Positions 1 to 5,622 of a stretch of DNA of 11,921 nucleotides are shown here, piece after piece; the stretch's first letter is position 1; each line of letters starts with the position of its first letter. The stretch comes from an uncultured Methanosarcinales archaeon (GTDB taxonomy: Archaea; Nanobdellota; Nanobdellia; Woesearchaeales; JAGVZT01), in the NCBI GenBank assembly GCA_964419615.1, contig CAYQPU010000026.1, positions 11,781 through 23,701 on the forward strand. Reading direction: 5' to 3'. Under the pieces are notes generated by a model. The model searched no databases. It was not told where the DNA came from and worked only from the letters and a program-made list of their open reading frames with translations. The translations under genes and the position numbers were made by a program.

Positions 1-2
1 AA

Positions 3-71
3 AAACAACTTAAAACACCAATAACAATGATTGGTATTGGTCCCGGAAGAAAAGAGTTGATTAAAAAATGA
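3..71 (+). CDS. purA: C-terminal fragment of probable adenylosuccinate synthetase (gene begins upstream of the window)
   Basis: Frame 3 reads KQLKTPITMIGIGPGRKELIKK*, resembling the PurA C-terminal 'PI..I..GP.R' signature. The TGA (69-71) overlaps the next ATG (ATGA). Only 22 residues are visible. Confidence 0.6.
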   Translation, partial: KQLKTPITMIGIGPGRKELIKK

Positions 72-1405
72 CTTATGACGTGATAATTGTTGGAGCCGGA
101 CCGGCAGGATTATTTGCAGCATATGCCCTTGGGGATCAGAAAAAAATCTGTTTAATAGATCAGGGTAATCTGGTAAGCCAAAGAGCATCAAGTGAGGCCA
201 TGTGTGGTGTTGGTGGTGCTGGGACTTTTTCAGATGGTAAACTTCACTTTTCTCCAGTCTTAAGTCATGAAAAAATTCTTCATTTATATTCAGAAAAAGA
301 ATACCTGGAATACTTAGATGAAGTAGACAAGATATACACAAAATTTGGGGTGGATACAGAAACTTTTCCAAAAGATCAAGGTGCTGTTGACGAATTAGTA
401 AGTGAGGCACAAAAACAAGGAATACAGCTCTATGTAAGAAAAATAAAGCATGTTGGTTCTGATAAACTACCTAAGGTAGTCCAGAATTTTGAAAAACACC
501 TAATCGCTAAAGGGGTTGAATTTAGAACCAATATTCGAGTAATGGACATCAAAGTTGAAAATGGAAACTGTAGTGGAGTTAAACTATCCAATGGAAAAAC
601 ACTCAATGCTTCTGATGTAATACTGTGTCCTGGAAGAGTAGGTGCAACATGGACGCAAAAGATTGCAAACAAATACAATATACCTTTTAATTATGAAAAA
701 ATTGAAGTTGGAGTAAGAGTGGAATTTCCAGCAACAGTTATGCAAAAATATGCTGAGCTTATGTACGAAGCAATCTTTAAAATGAGTACTCCCACATTTG
801 ATGACAAAGTCAGAACCTTCTGTCCTTGTCCAAAAGGAATTGTGTCCACTGAAAAGTATGATAAATTTGTATGTGTAAATGGTCACTCAAATGCTGAAAC
901 AAAAACAGAAAACTCAAATTTTGCCTTAGTATCTGAAGTGGAACTAACTGAGCCACAGGAAAACACAACAGAATATGGAAAAACAATTGGGCAGGTAGCA
1001 AATGTAATAGGTGGAGAAAAACCAATTGTTCAAAGATTATGTGATCTTAGAGCAGGAAGAAGAAGTACTTGGGGCAGAATAAGAAAAAGCTATGTTGAAC
1101 CAACTCTAAAACAAGTAACGCCTGGAGACATAGCAATGGTGCTTCCACATAGAATAGTAACAAATCTTCTAGAAGGATTTGAAATGCTTGAAAAAGTAAT
1201 GCCTGGAATAAACAGTGGTGGAACACTGCTATATGCACCAGAAATTAAATTCAGAGCTTCAAAAATCCAGACTGGAAAATACCTTGACACAGAACTTAAA
1301 AATCTGTATGTTGCTGGAGACGGTGTTGGATTGTCTGGAAATATTGTAGGAGCTGCAGCAACAGGATTAATGGTTGCAAGAGGAATAATTAAAAATAGAA
1401 AATAA
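68..1405 (+). CDS. NAD(P)/FAD-dependent oxidoreductase (uncharacterised FAD-dependent dehydrogenase, COG2509-like)
   Basis: N-terminal Rossmann motif VIIVGAGPAGLFAA, GGAGTFSDGKL, RTFCPCPKG, VNGHS and C-terminal LYVAGDGVG...IVGAAATG; 445 aa. Confidence 0.85.
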   Translation: MTYDVIIVGAGPAGLFAAYALGDQKKICLIDQGNLVSQRASSEAMCGVGGAGTFSDGKLHFSPVLSHEKILHLYSEKEYLEYLDEVDKIYTKFGVDTETFPKDQGAVDELVSEAQKQGIQLYVRKIKHVGSDKLPKVVQNFEKHLIAKGVEFRTNIRVMDIKVENGNCSGVKLSNGKTLNASDVILCPGRVGATWTQKIANKYNIPFNYEKIEVGVRVEFPATVMQKYAELMYEAIFKMSTPTFDDKVRTFCPCPKGIVSTEKYDKFVCVNGHSNAETKTENSNFALVSEVELTEPQENTTEYGKTIGQVANVIGGEKPIVQRLCDLRAGRRSTWGRIRKSYVEPTLKQVTPGDIAMVLPHRIVTNLLEGFEMLEKVMPGINSGGTLLYAPEIKFRASKIQTGKYLDTELKNLYVAGDGVGLSGNIVGAAATGLMVARGIIKNRK

Positions 1406-1423
1406 AAAAATAAAGAAATAAGT

Positions 1424-1681
1424 TTACCTTCTCTTCTTTCGTCGAGCAGGTTTTCTTTTAGCTGGCTTTCTTTTGGCAGGCTTTTTTCTTTTAGCAGGTT
1501 TCTTTTTTCTTGCAGGTGCCTTTCTCTTTTTCTTAACTGGCTTTTTTCTCTTGACTGCTTTTCTCTTCTTTTTCTTGCCGCCTCTAGCCATCTTTGCTCT
1601 AGAAATGTCTCCGTTCTTGTCAACAAAGTATAGCCAGCCTTTCTCTTTTTTAACGCCAACTTTTGCTACTTTTTGTGCCAT
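1424..1681 (-). CDS. Small highly basic protein: compact N-terminal domain plus K/R/P/A-rich histone H1-like tail; candidate nucleoid-associated protein
   Basis: MAQKVAKVGVKKEKGWLYFVDKNGDISRAKMARGG followed by repeated KKP(A)KR units. Strong RBS AGGTGAGGT (1696-1688, minus strand) and an upstream TATA box. Confidence 0.8.
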   Translation of the reverse strand: MAQKVAKVGVKKEKGWLYFVDKNGDISRAKMARGGKKKKRKAVKRKKPVKKKRKAPARKKKPAKRKKPAKRKPAKRKPARRKKRR

Positions 1682-1745
1682 TTATTTACCTCACCTTTTT
1701 TTTGTTTAGAGTTAACCTAAACTATGATCATTTGCATCAAGCTTA

Positions 1746-1760
1746 TTTATAAAGTTTGTG
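1746..1760 (-). promoter_or_regulatory. Putative BRE/TATA promoter of the basic-protein gene
   Basis: Minus strand reads CACAAAC-TTTATAAA, about 65 nt upstream of the ATG at 1681. Confidence 0.5.
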
Positions 1761-2072
1761 TTTTTGTCGTCGGTGTAGGATTGGGTAAAAGTGATTTTGC
1801 TTAGAAGTTGTTAGCATTAGGTTCATACTTTGTTGTGAGTGCAATCAAAAACTTTATTAACTGAAATCAACACCTAGTCACTTAACATGAAAAAAAGTGA
1901 TTTAGTTCATTGTTAGAAATCTATTTTTACTAGTTACCATAATATTCTCATCAAAACTACATAGGTAGCTCTGCTACCCAAAAAAAAGATTTTATCCTCT
2001 ATAAATTAGATATTATTATTTGAATTACTGATAAGTATCCCATTTTTAGTCACTAACTCGTGACGACAAAAC

Positions 2073-2087
2073 CAAAAGATTTAAATA
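2073..2087 (+). promoter_or_regulatory. Putative BRE/TATA promoter driving the mini-ORF / structured RNA / tRNA-His region
   Basis: CAAAAGATTTAAATA. The identical 15-mer occurs on the minus strand at 7518-7504, upstream of the DUF2683 antitoxin gene. Confidence 0.6.
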
Positions 2088-2118
2088 CTAGTTATACCTT
2101 ACTATAGTTTGATACAAA

Positions 2119-2178
2119 ATGACAAAACTAATAATCCAGGATAAAGCAGTCAAAGCTGCTGATCGTGTTCATTGTTAG
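2119..2178 (+). CDS. 19-aa mini-ORF MTKLIIQDKAVKAADRVHC (candidate precursor or leader peptide 1)
   Basis: ATG lies about 30 nt downstream of the TATA box (short-leader geometry). It shares KAxKxAxxVH with the mini-ORF at 2870-2932. Not in the supplied ORF track. Confidence 0.45.
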   Translation: MTKLIIQDKAVKAADRVHC

Positions 2179-2244
2179 TTGTAAATCTATTTTTAATATT
2201 TTTAATAATAACATCTTGAACAATAATTCTCAATTTACAGATAG

Positions 2245-2428
2245 CAATGCAATCCAACCAACGCAGGCACAGACGGACTTTTGTCAAAACCAAAAGTCCT
2301 ATTCCATTGAACAGAACCGTAAACTATGCACAGAAAAATGCTTTGCATTTTTGGTGTCCAGGAAATTTAGTGATTTCCTTGATTTAAGAACCTATTCAAT
2401 TACATCTGGCCAAGGTTGGATTGCATTG
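2245..2428. ncRNA. 184-nt multibranched structured element (candidate ncRNA or MITE-like element)
   Basis: Perfect 15-bp closing stem CAATGCAATCCAACC (2245-2259) / GGTTGGATTGCATTG (2414-2428). Internal stems: 2275-2282/2292-2299, 2306-2314/2392-2400, 2334-2341/2345-2352 and 2360-2366/2373-2379. Confidence 0.55.
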
Positions 2429-2438
2429 GAATTTCTGA

Positions 2439-2535
2439 GAAATCCAGCCATGGTGCTGGTCGGACTGGGGTTGGGCCCTTCGGGCTGTCCGACGAGGAGC
2501 AAAGCGACGACAGCTACCATGGATGGCTGGATTTC
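2439..2535. ncRNA. 97-nt GC-rich branched hairpin (candidate ncRNA or cis-regulatory RNA)
   Basis: Stems GAAATCCAGCC/GGCTGGATTTC (11 bp), ATGGT/ACCAT, GCTG/CAGC and GTCGGAC/GTCCGAC, with an apical GCCC-TTC-GGGC. It is a GC island in AT-rich DNA, 34 nt upstream of tRNA-His #1. Confidence 0.55.
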
Positions 2536-2569
2536 ATCATTATCATCTATATTATATAGACTATGGAAT

Positions 2570-2728
2570 GGCAGTGGTGGTGTAATGGTAGCACTTTGGA
2601 CTGTGGTGACCTTTTACAAAAAGCTCAACCAAAAGATGGGCGACATTCAGCTTAAAAAAACGCTGAAGTCCCCTGTAAAAAGTTGCAGATCTCCAATAGC
2701 GCGGGTTCGATTCCCGTCTACTGCCCCA
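2570..2728 (+). tRNA. tRNA-His(GUG) #1 with an 84-nt BHB intron at canonical position 37/38 (intron 2607-2690); G-1 and CCA encoded
   Basis: G-1 (2570):C73 (2725); acceptor GCAGTGG/CTACTGC; D-arm GTGT-AATGGTA-GCAC; anticodon stem TTGGA/TCCAA; T-arm GCGGG-TTCGATT-CCCGT; CCA at 2726-2728. BHB: central helix CTGT/GCAG, bulges GG|T and AT|C. Confidence 0.93.
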
Positions 2729-2869
2729 TTCATTAACAAATTACCTTTATCTAATATGTTTCATAGTTGTTAATTCTAATCATTAACTAAATGGATTTTT
2801 TTGTGTAATTAATACAAATCTAAAACTTAAACAAACAGCCGACTGGGCTTTAAACAGGGAGGAAACAAA

Positions 2870-2932
2870 ATGAAAACAACAAATGAGGCTAAGGCGTTAA
2901 AAGACGCTGGATATGTTCACAAGAATTTGTGA
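2870..2932 (+). CDS. 20-aa mini-ORF MKTTNEAKALKDAGYVHKNL (candidate precursor or leader peptide 2)
   Basis: Strong RBS GGGAGG at 2857-2862, 7 nt before the ATG. It ends 32 nt before the radical SAM start. Not in the supplied ORF track. Confidence 0.65.
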   Translation: MKTTNEAKALKDAGYVHKNL

Positions 2933-2964
2933 AAACTGTGTATGTAAGGCAAGGAGGTGTGAAA

Positions 2965-4248
2965 ATGAAACGATCTAGCGACTATGTTGACAGGCTTAGA
3001 GAATGGAATAAAGCACAAGTTCTTGGACTAGCAAAAAGAGGATTGCTAAAACCAGATATAAACCCTATGACTACTTTGATTATGAACACAATGATTACAA
3101 CAATGGGAGTCAAAGCAAAGCAAGAAGTAGTGGAAAAAATCTCAAAGATAGCACTTAGAGGAGCACAAGCACCTGAACGAACAAAAAATGTAGGTGTTGG
3201 GATAAGTTATGGTCCAGGATTTAGAACACAAATGCCTATTGAGTCAATGTATGAACCAAATGATGGATTTAACCAAGGTTCAGCATTAACCCTAAAAGAA
3301 AAACAAGGAGACTTTTGGATTCAATGTGACTATGATGGAGAACTAAAGATGCCTGTGAATATTTGGGAAGGTCCCTCATGGTACCCTAGACAGATTCCAA
3401 ATAAGGAAGATCCAGAAAACCCATTTACACTATCTCAGTTAGTCCAAAGTGAGCTAGGTGTTCTGATGCTAAGTATCCCAGATAAGGATGGATTTCAGAG
3501 ATGTACCTACATAGAGAGAGATGAAGGATGCAAAATGTGTGGTATGGAAACAGATTACCAACCACTCACACCAGAATTATTGGTTGAGATAGTTGAGATG
3601 GATCTGCAGGAAAACCAGACAAATATAACTATGACTGGGGGAAATAACTACACCGCAGATAGGGGGATTAAAAAATACATCCCTTTTGTAGAGGCACTCC
3701 GCAAAAGATTTGGAGAAGAGTTGCCCATACAACTTGAGATCAGTCCACCACAGCAGGAAGAATATCTGGAATGGATGGCCGAAAATAAGTTATCAGCTTG
3801 GTTTAATCTAGAGATGTTTCCTTTTGACAAAGCTTCAGAAATTCTTAGGGAGAAGGTGATGCCAGCCAAGTCAAAGATTCCTTTAGAAGACTATTTTCAG
3901 AGCTTTAAGTTCCTAAACAATAGAGGACTTGAAACATACAGCGTGTTGATTGCAGGGTTGCAACCTCTTGAAGGAATCTACAAGGGAGCAGAAGCTCTCG
4001 CTGAAATAGGAACAACAACCGCAGTATTACCCTTCAAACCAAATGCTGACTCAGCATATCAAAGCAGGTTCCCTTGTTCTGTACCTGAGTTTATAGAGGC
4101 AACAATGGGTGTTGATAAAATACTGAGGGAAAGAGGATTAGACCTTACATCAAGAAGTGAGAACTGGTGTTCAGGCTGCGGAGGATGCGGAGCAGACAGA
4201 AACTATGCATTCAACAGAGAGCAAATAGTTGAGGCTTGGTCAAAATGA
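2965..4248 (+). CDS. Radical SAM protein (biotin-synthase-related COG2516 / MSMEG_0568-like), 427 aa from the RBS-supported ATG
   Basis: CX8CX2C motif CTYIERDEGCKMC, MTGG, LEISPP, LIAGL, VLPFKP and a C-terminal CSGCGGC. RBS GGAGGTG (2953-2959) supports ATG 2965 over GTG 2929. The family call is from motif recall, not a search. Confidence 0.85.
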   Translation: MKRSSDYVDRLREWNKAQVLGLAKRGLLKPDINPMTTLIMNTMITTMGVKAKQEVVEKISKIALRGAQAPERTKNVGVGISYGPGFRTQMPIESMYEPNDGFNQGSALTLKEKQGDFWIQCDYDGELKMPVNIWEGPSWYPRQIPNKEDPENPFTLSQLVQSELGVLMLSIPDKDGFQRCTYIERDEGCKMCGMETDYQPLTPELLVEIVEMDLQENQTNITMTGGNNYTADRGIKKYIPFVEALRKRFGEELPIQLEISPPQQEEYLEWMAENKLSAWFNLEMFPFDKASEILREKVMPAKSKIPLEDYFQSFKFLNNRGLETYSVLIAGLQPLEGIYKGAEALAEIGTTTAVLPFKPNADSAYQSRFPCSVPEFIEATMGVDKILRERGLDLTSRSENWCSGCGGCGADRNYAFNREQIVEAWSK

Positions 4249-4643
4249 GAAGAGTAACAAACTGCGAACTCTATAAGGCAATAGGTCCATATTCTTATGG
4301 ATGTTTTGCCAATTTTTTATTTTTTTCCAGTGGAATAACAGGTATAGATCCAAAAACAAATACCTTAGTGAATGCTTCACTAAAAAAAGAAATCACGCAG
4401 CTAATGGAAAACATAGACAAATTATTGAGAACTGTTAATCTGAAATTTTCAGATGTAATCAAAGTGACAGTATACTCCACAAACATATCTCTTTACAAGG
4501 AATTTAACAAAATCTATAGAGGATATTTTGAATCAAGTAACTATCCTGCACGAACTTTTGTTGAAGTAAGTGATCTACCAGGAAAAGCTAGATTTGAAGT
4601 TGACTTAATTTGCACAGCAGGTGAGCAAGATGAAAGAAATTAG
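4245..4643 (+). CDS. ridA: RidA/YjgF/UK114 family enamine/imine deaminase
   Basis: AIGPYS, SG(I)TGIDP, VIKVTVY, FNKIY..YF, PART (catalytic Arg) and LP...FEVD. ATG 4245 overlaps the radical SAM stop (ATGA). Confidence 0.88.
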   Translation: MRRVTNCELYKAIGPYSYGCFANFLFFSSGITGIDPKTNTLVNASLKKEITQLMENIDKLLRTVNLKFSDVIKVTVYSTNISLYKEFNKIYRGYFESSNYPARTFVEVSDLPGKARFEVDLICTAGEQDERN

Positions 4644-5622
4644 ACTTGATTATGCTGATGTAAAATTCCCACCGAGTAATAGAGTAGTTAAGCAACTCTC
4701 ATCAGAACTCAATAAAGTTAATCTCTATCCAAGAAAAATTTACCTAAAGCTAAAACAAAAACTAGCAGACTACTGTAATGTAAGTCCAGATAATATTTTA
4801 TTGACAAATGGTTCAGATGAGGCAATTGATCTGATCACAAATGCATATGGAAAAACAGTTTTAGTACCTGCTCCAACATTCTCAGAATATGAACGAGCAG
4901 CATTAAGGAATAAATGCAATATCAATAAAGTCAACTGTTTAAAAGGAAAGGATTACTCAACCAATTTTTCTGATAATGATTTAGCTAAGTCAAATCTTGT
5001 GTGGATCTGCAATCCAAATAACCCAACTGGCACAACAATTCCCGAAAAAACAATAGATTATATTCTGAAAAGATCAGTAGGATATGTTGCTGTTGATGAA
5101 TGCTATTATGAATTCTCAAAAAAAACTGTAATTCCTCTTCTAAAAGAATTTCAAAACTTGATTATAATAAGAAGCATGTCAAAAGGATTTGGCCTTGCTG
5201 GGTTAAGACTTGGTTACATTATTGCTGACAAGAGAATAATTAATGAATTAGAGCAGAGAAAACAGATTTTTAGTGTTAATCGAATTGCAGCAAAAGCAGG
5301 GTTGCTTGTTTTAGAGGACTTACAATACTATAAGAACTCAATAAATAATTTAATTGAGAACAGAGAAGAATTTAAAAAAGATCTTACTATTTTAGGTATT
5401 AATGTATTTGAATCAGACACAAATTTTGTGTTCATTTGTTTTAAAGACAAATATACAGTAGAGAAAATATACTCTTGCCTTAAAAGCAGAAGAGTATTTG
5501 TGTTTCCTGCTTGGGACTCAGAATTCTCAGGACCAGCAGGTTTTTCTCTAAGAATTGCAATAGGAGGAATAGAAGATCTAAAGATTATAGCAAAATATTT
5601 AAAAGAAGTTTTGGATAAGTGA
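4630..5622 (+). CDS. PLP-dependent aminotransferase, class I/II (histidinol-phosphate aminotransferase HisC / CobD-like)
   Basis: TNGSDEAI, PTFSEY, CNPNNPTG, DECYYEF and RSMSKGFGLAGLRLGY (PLP lysine). RBS GCAGGTGA precedes ATG 4630, and the gene overlaps ridA. Confidence 0.85.
   Translation: MKEIRLDYADVKFPPSNRVVKQLSSELNKVNLYPRKIYLKLKQKLADYCNVSPDNILLTNGSDEAIDLITNAYGKTVLVPAPTFSEYERAALRNKCNINKVNCLKGKDYSTNFSDNDLAKSNLVWICNPNNPTGTTIPEKTIDYILKRSVGYVAVDECYYEFSKKTVIPLLKEFQNLIIIRSMSKGFGLAGLRLGYIIADKRIINELEQRKQIFSVNRIAAKAGLLVLEDLQYYKNSINNLIENREEFKKDLTILGINVFESDTNFVFICFKDKYTVEKIYSCLKSRRVFVFPAWDSEFSGPAGFSLRIAIGGIEDLKIIAKYLKEVLDK

Larger units (their letters stand above)
1905..2195 (+). repeat. Dispersed direct repeat: GTTCATTGTTAG + AAATCTATTTTTA at 1905-1929 and at 2167-2195 (4-nt insertion TTGT in copy 2)
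   Basis: Exact 12-nt and 13-nt blocks are shared by the two copies. In both, the first block is GTT CAT TGT TAG (V-H-C-stop) of a mini-ORF. Confidence 0.8.

Noticed and set aside
430-1238. Minus-strand ORFs 430-678, 584-886, 810-1025 and 1047-1238
   Set aside because: Antisense shadows inside the well-supported oxidoreductase gene.
1090-1709. ORFs 1090-1659 (-) and 1473-1709 (+)
   Set aside because: Alternative-frame and antisense shadows of the low-complexity basic-protein gene and the oxidoreductase 3' end.
2459-2519. HDV-like (theta) ribozyme fit: P1 GTCGGAC/GTCCGAC, P3 GGC/GCT, L3 CCTTCGG
   Set aside because: P1.1 pairing is poor, J4/2 is one nucleotide short, and the competing stem is stronger. 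Known theta ribozymes lie 3' of tRNAs, not 5'. It is kept only as a self-cleavage test.
2245-2535. Identification as SRP RNA, RNase P RNA, 5S rRNA, or TPP/ZTP riboswitch
   Set aside because: Only fragmentary resemblances (CTGAGAAAT; GACTGG...GAGGAGC; CAGCCCGAAGGG). The defining motifs are absent: SRP helix 8 CAGG/AGCA, RNase P GAGGAAAGUCC, 5S loop C and the riboswitch 3' halves.
2607-2690. C/D box guide RNA inside the tRNA introns
   Set aside because: Intron 1 has a CTGA but no RTGATGA C box. Intron 2 has only TTGATCA and no D box.
2165-2773. 202-aa ORF in the supplied track
   Set aside because: It runs through two structured elements and a complete intron-containing tRNA-His, has a GTG start without an RBS and shows no protein-like motifs. 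Its length is somewhat surprising, but it is best treated as spurious.
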